In this document: piece by piece, positions 25,791 to 38,400 of the stretch
Layout of the letters: the number at the start of each line of letters is the position of its first letter
How positions within the stretch are numbered: position 1 is the stretch's first letter
Source: Phoronis australis
Taxonomy: Eukaryota > Animalia > Phoronida
Length of the DNA: 64,000 bases
Assembly (NCBI GenBank): GCA_002633005.1
Contig: NMRA01000295.1
Span: 481,633-545,632, forward strand
Direction: 5' to 3'
Position numbers and translations under genes: made by a program
The notes under the pieces: model-generated
What the model was told of the DNA's origin: nothing
Seen by the model: only the letters and a program-made list of their open reading frames with translations
Database searches by the model: none

Positions 25791-27680
25791 TTTGTTAAGG
25801 TACATTTCCTGCCCGGTCAACACATTGACCTTTGATGCACGGACACCGTCCACCTGCACTTCTGTTTATGCTTACACCAGTCTGTAAAGAGAACATGTTT
25901 TCTGTGACAAAGGAAATGGACATTTTTTTTGGTTTGTGGTAAAAATTCTCCTGTTTGTGAAAGTGAAAATTATATATTTTGCTCAAGGTTAGATCTTGTA
26001 CCAAGAAATAGGCATTATTGGCCGCCCCAAATTCAAGGCTTATGATCAGTGGCAAACCATCATTCATGTCCATATTACACACTAGGAGGACATTTGAGAA
26101 GGTTGTGTTGACGGTATTTTTGACGATTTTATCAACTGCCAATTTTGTTTTCAGATTCTACTCATACAAAAATGCCGTGTCCAAAATTTGAGAAGTATAA
26201 TAAATGCCAAAATCTGACCATGTCCCAATCTTCTGAATCAAGAAAATTCAACTCTGCTTGAGTTTCTATTTCCCTAATTTAGTAACGTTTCCAATCTAGA
26301 GAATTTTTTCTCGTATGCACAAAAAATTTCAAAGTCTCGTCTCCTTGGATTCTTAATCAGAATTTTCAGGGGACCCTGGTTAAAGATCTCCACGATTACT
26401 GCTAACCCTGGAATGTGAAAACGTGGTGTTGCGGATTTTGTATACCTGATCAAAGATCAGGTGTCATTTTGATACGAGAAATACGAAAAATTGGCATTCT
26501 CCCTCTGTTGTGTGAATTTCATTTTACCTCACTCAGTACTTAGCTATCAGTCTGCTGAGCCTTATCTTTACTGACAATTGTGTCTTTCCTAATAATTTAA
26601 TACCAAAGTCCATGTGGTCATACAAGTACCAGCCCTTAGTGGACATGTACTTATTTGTAACTGATGTTTTCGGATCTTGATGTTCCTTGTTTGTGTTCAA
26701 GGTAATTAAAAGTGAATCAAGACGGCATTTCCCTTTTGCCGTTCTTTGATTTGCAGTTTGACCTCCACATATGAAATCGAAAGGTACAATTCACTTTCGG
26801 GACACTTTCTCGAAACTGTTGTCAAATCTGTCTGTCTTGTGAGCATCATGCACTGGTCATTAAATTTGTGTGTATCTACCGGAACAAGTGGTATTAAAAT
26901 CTTGAGATAAACAACAATGTTTCTTACCAAGAAGCCAATATTTGTTTAATTCCATTCACTGCTATCAGGTTGGTCTCACCAAGTTCCTTATTCCCAGATA
27001 GGAATCTAGTGCTGGGTTTACAAGGAGCTTACTCCACACCTAAAGTGCACATGGCTTGATGAACTAACTTTTGGAGCCTATAAGCACTGATGAATTGAAA
27101 GCCTTGAAATCACATCCAGTCTAAGGGATCATTTGAAACCAATTTTATAACTAATAAGTGGGGGCGGGGCAGAGCAACTCTGGGAAAGGGAGTACATGCT
27201 GACTGGGGAGAGGTGTTAAGCACCCCCAGAAGGTTGTCTAGCATCTGTGAACCCATCTTCCATCAGGAGAACCAACTGCTGATTTATAGTGCTTACCATT
27301 GTGAAGTTGGTCTCAAATTGCTCAGTGTGTTCACAGCCTCAGATAGATGACAGTCTCATACAGCACTCTTTTCAGAGTGCATATTTCACATCACCTACTT
27401 ACCTGTCTTAAATTTTAAAATGGTTAACTTTGGCCAATTTGTGAGGTGTGCTCATGAATTGTAAATCCTATGAATTAGTATGTTTACTTAAAATTGGTAT
27501 GATCTCACATTATATAGTTCTTGTGATAATGATTTGTTCAAAGGATCGTTAATAAAACATGGGTGTCGTTTAAAGATCTGTGTAGTAATATTTCTTCTCT
27601 AAATATTATTGTGTTGAACAATGCAAATACTGGCAGTGTGTTTACAAAGCCAGGTCATTGCCCTTAGACTTGCGCATCTG

Positions 27681-28213
27681 AAGCGTGTTCAACAGAGTGA
27701 GTGCCCACTAGCGTGTACTCTCGAACACAAGGAACAGCTCCTGAACAGCTGTGAGCGCTCACTGTGCGATCCAGTATGGCGACTTTGAAGCAGATTCTGT
27801 TGAACGTCTTAGCCGATGAGCTTAACACTAACAGTCCTTCCTATAGTGTACTGAGCGATAAATATGATTAATCTTTGCCAATAATTATTAATATCGGCAG
27901 CCCCAAGACAACAACCATGAAGGCTTTGGCCCGACAAGAATCGAAAATTACGTCGAGGAAACTGTACCTCGCTACAGCGACCCGCAATTTAAGTCGCAGT
28001 TTCGGATGAGTCGGTCAACTTTTGAGGTTAGTTTTCGTGTTGCAGAACCATAATGGGTTCATATGTTGCAGACGTGAAGCCTTCGCAGGACGCCATCTTG
28101 GAAATCTAAGCGAACATGCTCTCGAGGTTGTTCGCGAGCGCTAACGTGAACACAGCTGTTCAGGACGAGGGCGCTCAAATCGCTCGCGGGCGCTCACTCT
28201 ATTGAACACGCTT
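27681..28213 (+). mobile_element. Harbinger deletion derivative retaining a transposase first-exon remnant
   Basis: TIR aagcgtgttcaacagagtgagtgccc / gggcgctcactctattgaacacgctt; ctg TSD; 27931-28026 reads PTRIENYVEETVPRYSDPQFKSQFRMSRSTFE, the N-terminal F..FRM.R.TF motif of Harbinger/HARBI1-type transposases. Confidence 0.8.
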
Positions 28214-31200
28214 CTGGTTACCTTATTGCGATTAGAGATTTCTAATATCAGAAGAAAGTAATCGCAAAAAAAGATCTTTTTTCATTTATCAAAGGCTTTT
28301 TGCATTTCCTCACCTTTAACCACACAATATGGCTGACAGGTTAAATTCTATTTTGTCTACCAAAAAAGGTAATGGTAAAGACCAAGGCAATTTGGTTTTT
28401 CTCTGGCATGGTTTGCTCTGTGTAGATGCCACAAAACATCATATTTGGTAAAAGTTTCCATTACAGCAAATTAACCAGAGACTATGTATGTTACTGAGTT
28501 CCATTTAAATGATAAAAAAATTGAGTAAAGATCGCTTTACAGATCTTTACTAAAAAATTCTTAAATTGATCAGACTTGGAAAATGGAAGAATGAAAATTG
28601 GCGTTATTATTTTTGCAGCGAACTACTATAACAGTGCTGTGTGTGTTCCAATATTATTCGGCATTCAAAAGAGTCAGAATGCGGAAAAGAGTTTCAAACT
28701 GGTAGGGCATTGGTATGGTGTTCTATCATGCCTTAAATTGTTGAAAAGTTTCGGTGGCCTCCATCCCTCCCCTGTTGCATATTCCTGTGGTATACAGATC
28801 TGTAAAAATACTCATGGCTGTTGTTACTGAGAATCAATGGACTGACCTTTGGAACAAGAGGTCAGGAATGCTGTTGAATAGATTGTTTGTTGAAGGTTTG
28901 TCCAGGTAAGAATGGCCTAGATAATATGTAGGGTTGAATTTAATACCTGTATGCAGTTGTAACATGTGTAAAGCTTAACATCTGGTTGAGTGGTTAGATT
29001 TATTAAGATAGTTAGTTGAAGGGTTAAGTCTGCTTGGCTTGTTTTTGAAAACCACTGGTGAGAAAGGTGTGCTGTGTTTAGACAAGTACATGGGTTTCAT
29101 TTGATATTCACTTTTGTACCCTTTTTGCTCAGAGGACTTTAAATCTATTTAAAATTGGCTAATTGCTATTCAAATGGCTATAGGAAGGGCCTGTAAGCTT
29201 GAACAGTCTATGTGAACCCACTGGTGGAGGTGGTCCTGAGTCAATTTACTTCAATCAGTTTGAGTTTGAAAATAATCCAATGAATATTCAAGCTGTTGAT
29301 TGGAGGTGAGATAACCGGCTTGGCTGTTCATCATCTAGACAAATTTGGTCTTTGTTTTTAAAGTGGGGGGAAGGGGGTGGGGGGGTGAAGTGATTTGATG
29401 CAAGTCGATTACTAATACTGTGTGTAAGCAGGAAGCCACTGCACAGGCACAATATTTTCGTACAGGGTTGTCTCAACATGTGACTTTTATTATATAGATA
29501 TCATGTGCGTGTTGCTGTAAAATTTATAGTTCTATGGTGTGGTCAACATAAACATGATGGTACTCAGGGAATGATATGATATCAAGAACTGCATTGCAGA
29601 CTGTGTTGGCACAAGAGTACGGCATAAAACAGCCGACCCACCACACAAAACTAATGCTAAAGGTATATGAAAAAATAAATCCAACTAAAGTTCTCATTCT
29701 ATCTAACTCGATACATACATGTGAAAACACGCAATCAGATGGCACTGACCTCTATCCTCCACGGTGAGGGGGACTGGGCATGAAGAGATGCCTATGTAGC
29801 TGTAAATTACATATACCATTAGAATAAGATAACACTTGACAATGCATGAAATAACAGGAATTGAAAGTGCCAACTTCTCTTGTCAACATTGTGAAACCTT
29901 ACGCAGTCTCACAGATGTGTACAAACCTGTATACAACTGGCACTGTGAAAGTACGGTCTTGTGTGTAATTTCAGTTTCTACACTTGGGAATTTACTGATT
30001 GAGTTCTCTACCTCCAGCATTCAGACATGCTGTAGCAGTGAAATCTTTAGCCATGTTTGAAAAGCCCTGAGCCATGTTAAAATCGCCATGGTTGAGTAGC
30101 AAGACACATGATAGGAATAATATTGCACAGTGGTACTTAATTCATTTTTTTGCAGTGGAAATGATAATGACGTGGCCCGGCAAGTGAAAATAATGTGTAA
30201 CTAATAGTTGTTCTTTCTGAATTAACATATTTAGGAAATTAGGATTCAAAAAACACGATTCGGGATTTGCACCATGTTTGAATGTTTGGGAGAGACCTAA
30301 TATCACTGTCAAATGTTCTGCAAAACTCAGGGAAAAATCTGCTTATGAGTAACTTTCTAAACGCAGGAAAGATGCAAGCTTTTTAGGCTAGGCAAATACA
30401 ATGAAACAAAAGTTCTTTGTAGAAAGTCTTTCTTCAGAATCCTCTTTGGAATCCCCAGTACTGCTGTCAATGGACTGTGCTGTTATTTGTTTAAGAAAGG
30501 CAAACAAATGGTGGGTGTTCTGAAGGACAGTGTAGTGGGCATTAATATAGGGTGAGGCAGTATTCTCCACAACCTTTTTTGTCTGGTCTCCATCAAAGTT
30601 TGAATTTCACTGTCACCAGTCCGTCCTACTTGCGGGTGATTTGAAAACGCGTTTGAATTTTGAAGTATCGTAGATCGTGAAGAAAACCTGAGGATGTAGC
30701 ATTTTGGTAAAACTTTGAGTTGGGTTCAACCAGTGTTCATCAATCCTTGTTGTGAACCCAGTTTTTGTGTAGCCTCAAGGTAATCAGGGCTTGGAATTTT
30801 CCGTGGAAACGTGGATTTCCGCTTTTTTTCAAATGTGCTTTCCGCTTTTTTAATAATATTTCCGCGTGGTAACGTTTTTTTTTCTTTTTTTTTTAGTCCT
30901 CCCGATTTTTGTCGCAGAAAGGTTCATTGGGTAATGATAGAAAATTGCATTTGGGAATCTGGATTGTCTTGTAACTAGTCTTATAATCTTCATCTGGATT
31001 CCATATCAGTCTGGCCATAACCGATTTCGACCTTTATCCCCATAGGCTGAAGGCCTGGTGAAGCAGCGCAAATAGTGAGTTACTCAAATGGGATTAATGT
31101 TTATTTTGCCATTTAAGCACTTTACATAGTACCTATTTATAGATCATCCGTTCTAACTAAGTCACTTTCCCACTTGTAATAATTTTTCTTGTCCGAAATT

Positions 31201-32377
31201 TTTCTCTGGAAGGTGGAAACTGAATAATTTTTTGTTTCATTGAAGATATAGAGGTTTTTGTGACCTAGGTTCAACTTCGGATATCTGAGAGTGAGTGAAT
31301 GACCTGTTGTTTCGTTGCTGATGTCTGGTCTGTGAAAAATTTGTTTGCCAAGTGTCTGTAGATAACAATCGCAGAGTTGTTTTGCAAGTCAGGTTGAACA
31401 CATTTTGCTGCCAAGACATCTGGAGGTCTGCCTTTCAGGTATGGGGGTCCTGCTGCATCATGCTGTAATTGTCTTTTTTTGTAAAAGAAGCTTAGTTTTT
31501 AAAACAGGTGGGTTGATTCGATGAAGTCTCGCAGAAGAAAACTAGACGGGGAAAAATTAGACACAATTTTTATGCAGATTTTGATTGAGAAGTTTTGTCA
31601 AGTATTTTGAAAACTACTTCATAAAATTTTTGTTTGTTTTTCCTCAAAGTTTCAGGGACCGCGCTCCTCTAGTACCAGTTTTAAACTACTTCTTATAAAA
31701 ACCTAAAGTGACATGGGGCTGGTAGGTGGTAAGGCCTCTTGACATCAACACATGAAGTTCATGACATTGGACTTTAAACCTGTCACCAATCACTCAAAAC
31801 ACAACTGTTCATTCTTTTCGAGAAATTAACCGCCAAGATAGTTGAACTTCACAGACTGGCTGCAGGGGGGGGGATCTCTATTAATGTACACGGAAGAAGC
31901 TATCGCAGTTGGATGTATGAGTCATTTAAATTATACCATGATGGTGCTCTGGAAATATTCTGCTGGTGCAATTTTTCAATTGAAGTAGCGTTTATACGAT
32001 AATCTGAAAAAGATAAATGAGTTGCTCATCATGGTAAAATGAATATGGTTTTGAGTAAAATATCAAATTATACCACACCACATGAACATGAGTTTGGTAA
32101 CAATGCATACTGCATCGAAGCGTGGATGCTGTTTTTCTTAGTCTGCCATTTAATGCAAAGTTAATGAATTATTGTGCAGTTGGATCCAAGAGCTAAAGTT
32201 TACCATTCACACCGGCCAATCATTCCCAAAATACTGACATGTCAACATTGTTAAGGAATGCCGTACAGTGTCAGTTTGTTGTTCTTGAGCCAGTTACCGA
32301 TCGCTGGGCCCTGGTGGTTTTGTTTTTTTCCACCTGACTTGCGCTACAAATAAAAATTTTCTCTTTTTCAGTCGAAG

Positions 32378-32405
32378 ATGGCAGACGTAGAAGGAGCAAC
32401 GAACG
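32378..32405 (+). CDS. ACSBG2: ACSBG coding exon 1 (MADVEGATN)
   Basis: Acceptor ctctttttcag at 32371, aagATGg start context, G|gtgag donor in phase 1. Confidence 0.75.
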
Positions 32406-35400
32406 GTGAGTTCAATTCAAATGCACATAATCCAAAGTTAAAGGCGAAGGCAACCTTTTTTCATGTCATTTTTAGTAAAAATAGGGTTCTTTGATTATCC
32501 CAGACATATTTTTCATTTAATTACAGCTTTTTGTAATTTAACCAATTACTCATCCTTTACTCCGGAAGTGACGTTTTTGGAGGCAAGTATTTCGCGCCAA
32601 TTTCTTTTCATACAGTCTGACTGTGAAAGCTGCCGAGTCAGTCATTGTTCTACCTCTGTTGTGATTAGTTCGGTCGTCGTTTGATTTTGTTTACGAGTCG
32701 GTCAACATGCCACACTGTTGCTGCGTACCGAAATGTACTCATTATCGTCTCACGGACAGAGGAACAATTGTCCCACTTGCCCGAGTGTCCCGCGACACAC
32801 TCCCACAGCAGGGCTGCTTACAGGCTTTGGACAACAATGAGTACATCCTGGTATGTAACAACAGTGTGGCATGTTGACTGACTTGTAAATAAAAGCAAAC
32901 GACGACCGAACTTGTCACAGCCGAGGTATAACAATAACTGAATCAACAGCACTTACAGTCACACTATATGAAAAGAAATTGGCGCGAAAATCTTGCCTCT
33001 CAAAACGTCACTTCCGGAGTAAAGGACGAAAAATTAATGAAATTACAAAATGCTGTAATTAAGTGAAAAATATGTCTGGGATAATCAAGTTACTTTTGCT
33101 AAAAATGACATGAAAAAGGTTGCCTTTCCCTTGAAGTACATTGGTCAGAATTGCAATCGCATTTGCCATCCGTGTCCAATCGGAGGTTATGTGTCCGGAG
33201 ACTCAGTCCGCCATGCTTTTCAGACACACGGCCATTTTTTACTACGATGTTCAAAGCAAACATTGGTTGTTCTTCGAAGAAGTTGGCAAATCGCATATTA
33301 CCTTACTCGTATGTGGCGTTGAAAATGAGGCAGTTAACTGGGTAGCTTCTGGGAATTCATGAATTTTCACTCTGTTTTACTTGCACAAGAGGTCAGTAAA
33401 AGTGTATGGGTGTAGTCCGACATGAGAGAAGCAATGCTGAACACCTTTGAAGAGAAATGTTTGCTTTGCTAATAACTAGCTGCAAACTGTTAAGGAATGC
33501 ATCAGACCTTTGATCAAATGAGAAATGCTTATAACTGACTGCAGCAAGTTGGGTAAATTTATCTCATGCAGTGGAAGCTCACAATTATAGGAAAGTCAAA
33601 CTCCGCATCAGAAAAATTTTCCTTTTAAGTCACAGTTGGCATCAATAAAGGTGGAGGGCTTGTCTTGTCGTCTTAATACAGACTGGATTGTTAACTTCTA
33701 CCTTCTTGAAATACTACTAAAATGAAGTGATTTCTACTGATAGTTCATCTACCTTTGCAAGCAGTCTTGCTTTGGGTAGCTGCTATCCTACAATCCTTTG
33801 TGTATTCATCGTTTTGTGCTAGCCATAAAACCGTCGTCTTCCCTCATGCCCAGGTGATATGACCAATGGTATCATTGAAAGCGAAGAACCAAACCTCAAG
33901 GCCAAGACAGCCGCCGTAGTCAATGGGAATGGGACAGAAGGGCTGGCAAATGGATATGACAACAGCGGGGCTTCACACGTGGAGAGTTCTCAACAAGAGG
34001 AACTGAACGGTACGGTTAGATGTCCACAATTTCAGGCAAAAGTATTGTGCAAAAGTGATGTCTTTTGTTTCCGAAGGCTTCAGATTATATTTTAGGTGGC
34101 CATAGTTTATGGAGTGTAGTCTGAGGGTAGCTGTTACATAATATTCTGAACTAATTAAGCACAGGTATCGATGATTAGTGTAACGTCAACTCGCCACCTG
34201 TGTCCTGGCAAAATCCCCAGGTCGCCAACGACAGCCAAAACTGAAATGAACGAGATAACCGAATTGAAGAACGAGTGTGTATGGCAAGTGTCTGTCTGTG
34301 CACCCGAGATGTACCGTAGTATTTTGAGTACGTGGTTGCGCTTGGATGTACACGTGTCAAAAGATATCATTTAATAAATCTGACTTGTCTGAAGAGCTCT
34401 GTGTACGAAGCAGAACATTTGTACATAGTTAAAGTTATGTATGGGTAGGACCTAAGAAAAATATCCAAATTTGGCTGATTCCTGAACATCATGTCTGAGA
34501 CATGACTGAACGAAGTCATGTGAAACTTTCAGGTACTATGTTTATGTGCTGCTAGCCCAAATTGTTGCTAGGATTAAAGTGATCAAATTTTGCACGAGGT
34601 CAAAAGTAGCTTAAAATGAAAATGAAAATGAAATGATACTTATGAAATCTGTAAAACGCATTTTTGAGATTTAATTTCAACCTTCATATCAGACTAAATT
34701 TGTTCTCGTTATGAATACTGTTCGTTTTTCTATCAAGTGATAGTACTTTTTTCTTTTTGCTAAATTTTACTAAAAAAGACATGGCCACCTGATTCAACGA
34801 GTGGGAACTTGGTAAAAAGTTAAGTATCAAATTTTACGAGTTCATAATCTCAGGACTTAAGGTGTGCAAGTATTGCTATAGGAGATATTGAGCTAATTGG
34901 GTGTAAGGTTCTAAATAACTCTAAGCGAAAATTCAACTGTTCAATGTCCGAATTTTGTGAACTTTACAATCAAACCACAACATAAACAGAGGTCATTCGC
35001 TGATCTAGCATATAAGTGTCTGCATTTTGCTAACACATGTTTGTTAAAGGGACTCTGTTTCTAAGCTGGCAAAAAAATTGAAATAGTTATATGTTTAAAC
35101 ACGGCCAGTTGTTGAAGTGAGTAGGTGATCAAGTGACAAGACATTTCTTCACAGCAGGGATGCTCCTTAGGCAATGTCATTAATTTACTACAGAATGTAT
35201 TCACAACAGTGACACAGTGGACTATTCTATGCGGCTATTGTATATCCTTTGGATGGCTAAAATAATTGAGAATAGCATTCAGACGATGACATTTCAGAAA
35301 TGTTTTTTTTTGTTGTAGCTGGTAGCATGGTTTGTTGTGAACATTGTGACAGGTGGCAGTGCTGGTTTTTAATTTATTTTGCTAAGATGGGATGACTTGA

Positions 35401-38400
35401 TGCTTAGAGTTGGCATAACGTAAGTAATTCATAGCAGCTCCAGGTGCATTTCAGTATTCAATTACCTTTGATTAGGAGCTGTTATTTATTTAATTATTGT
35501 TAGTTTGTTGATTTATTTTAAATGGGGGCGATCTTTACAGTCATTGTGTTTGTATGCACTTGTCGTATTGATTATTTTTGTGCAGGCCTATCAACAGATG
35601 GGGCTAGTGAGGGCACCGTCATGACACCAGACTCGGCCACTCCTGCCAAGTCGGTTGTTAATGGGACGGAACCTGTTGCTGTGCAGACCACTACAGAGAC
35701 TCACCAGGAGGTTGTTGCCTCAGTAACCACGTCTGCAGTCAATGTTGATGTTTCTCCCCAAGACGTTGTTAAGGAAGAGCCTGACGTGGCTGTTGCTCCG
35801 CCTGTTGAGGATGGTAAGGACATATATGTGTGCTGGCATTTTCATGCTTTTGCCAGTAAGAAAGTGTACTGAGAGAAATTATAAGCCTCTGACACGCCAT
35901 CTTTTGGTGAAAGTGTGCACTTGTGGACGAAAACCCAGAACAATAATGACACTTAATCGTGCTTTGAAAATTCAGCGATACCTGACGAGGAGAAATCTCT
36001 TCATTTTTTATGTGAAAACTGCTGCATATGGAATATATGACAAAAGGCATTCAGGCATTAGCAAAGTGGCTTCAGTTGAAAATTTGCATTATAACAGGAT
36101 TGTTTATAAAAGATTTAACCAGTTTCAGCCGTCTTATGGAAAGAGGATTTTAGCACAATTTGTGTTTGTATGTCCGTTAATGACCTCTCTTTAAAAGATT
36201 TTGTAAAAGGGGTTTGCTTAATCGTATATTTCCAGGACATTTCATTGAACCCTAGACACTTGTGAGTAACGATGCGTTGCCAGGTATCAGTAACATCTTT
36301 ATTCTGTAAATCGCTGTAATGATGTTCAATAACAGCAAATGTTTAGCTTCTTGTTTATGCAAGTTTTCCTTGATAGCTGCTGATATTGACGCCATTGTGC
36401 CGAGTGACAAGATTTTCACCTGGTTGAAAGACGAAGCTGTGAAGCTGAAAATCGGAGAGGGCGTGTCTGGGGAGAAACCCACCACCGTGGTCTCAGAGCT
36501 TCGCAAGACGGCCAAGAGGTGTCCCAACAGAATCGCTCTTGGTAAGCACCACAAGCATGTACTGACCCGAGTGTGTTCTGTGCAACTGGCCAGGGTTGAA
36601 CAATGTTATTTCTCGGTTCTCCTGAGCAATGTTAATAATCTTTGCTGGTGGTTTCGTTAGATGTACTGTCTAGTAGTGAAACAGCTGGCGAGATCATCTC
36701 GTTATCGTGGTTTTTACTAGGTAATCTGCCTGACAACATTGAATTAGATTGTTCATTCATCACTTTCTTTGTTGATCATCTTTTCCTCAAGTTGATGCCG
36801 TTGTTCAGTGGAGAAAACTGGTTCTAAGAAGGCGGGCACGTTATATCGTACTATTAACATTAGGTTACATCGACCGAGGAAGGTGGTTCTCCCTTGACGC
36901 TCAAATGAGCTGATACACAAGGGACCAGTCTATTATTACATAACCAGTGGTGCTTCTTTTTCTCTGATTTTTGTCTCTTCTTTGATTAGCTTGTTCTTTA
37001 CATGGCTTAATGAACTGTCATTGTCTGCCACTTCTTGGTTAGCATCCGATTTGTCAGATTGCGAAAAGTGACATCTGTTGGCGAGCGACAGGAATGAAAA
37101 TTATCAGTATTGCTGTGTAGCTGAAGTTTGTTGTACCGCATTTCAACCAAAGAGGACTGAAATTTAAGCAGTCATTTAATAAAATGTTTTTTTTCTGTCA
37201 AATTGAAAGCAGACATGTGACGCTTTACTGCGAGCTTTGTCATCCAGTCTTTCTGTCATCTCTTGGTATTAATTAGTGATCTGTAATCAGAACATTGTAA
37301 AACGGTGGTGTTCCCTTCTTTTTTCTTACATAGCTGTTCAACGGGGTTACCGCAAAAAAACCCCTAGTCTTCTTTGCCGTGAGTGATGTCATCGATGTGT
37401 TAGTTGTGATTACGGAAAAATACCGCCAACTCAGGACATAGCATGGCACTCAAGTCGCATTCTGTTCATCCCATGGCCGCTACTAGACAAAGTTATGGGA
37501 AAATGTGTGCATTTGGAACAGCATTAGAAGTTTTTGAAAATGAGGAAAGAGCAATTTTAGTATTGGTGTCTGAAATTGGTGATATTTTTCTGTACTGTTA
37601 AGTGTGTTCTGTGCATGCATGTGATGCTAAAATATGGTTACCACTCTGATGAAGAAAAACATGGAATTGACGCGAAAATTGTTTCCATGGCAGCGCTCGA
37701 CTCTTGATTTAAATGCTAAGTCACATTTGGCGCTCTGGCAAAAGTCGCAGGTCGCCAAACGAAGTCTGAGGTCACCAAAACTGAAAATCTTGGGTTTGGA
37801 AATGAATTCTGAAGTTTCTGATCTGGTGTAAAATTTCGACAACTAAAAAAAATGGTCAAATGGCTGTAACACCATCAATTCTCTTGCGCTCCAATTTTTC
37901 CCATTGTGAATGCCAAAATCTAGGCGTACATTCATTCTGTAACTCCCGCCGGCAGACAAACACAGACGACCGCGTAGGCTGGTAGCGCGAATTTCACCGA
38001 TCTTGCCTGATTTTTGCCGAACAATTCCGACTTCTGTTTGTTTACTTCCTGTTGTAATTTAAGCGTGGTGCCAAATGCGCTGATTATACGAAATTAATGG
38101 AACAATTGTGAATCAAAGGTAATCTAGGAAAACTGTAATTTGAAGTTTGGAAGTTAACGCGAACTTTGAAACGAATTGATAGGAATTGATTGTCTGCGTT
38201 ACTCGCAATGGTGACTTCGTGGCGACTTGGAATTTTTCCCAGGTTGCCAAACACAATCTGAGGTCGCATTGGTGACGTGCAGGTCACCAAATCGAGCGTG
38301 TCATGAAAACTCTGATTAGTTCAAGACATGCCTTCAGTCATATCAGGTAATCGCTGGCAACATTAATTAGATGTCTACCATTTGTGGGAAAATGATGCCT

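Noticed and set aside
37686-38305. hAT-like MITE (cagcgctcga ... tcgagcgtg)
   Set aside because: Probably a repeat, with a related end near 12165-12192, but the termini are degenerate and no TSD could be confirmed, so it was not listed as a feature
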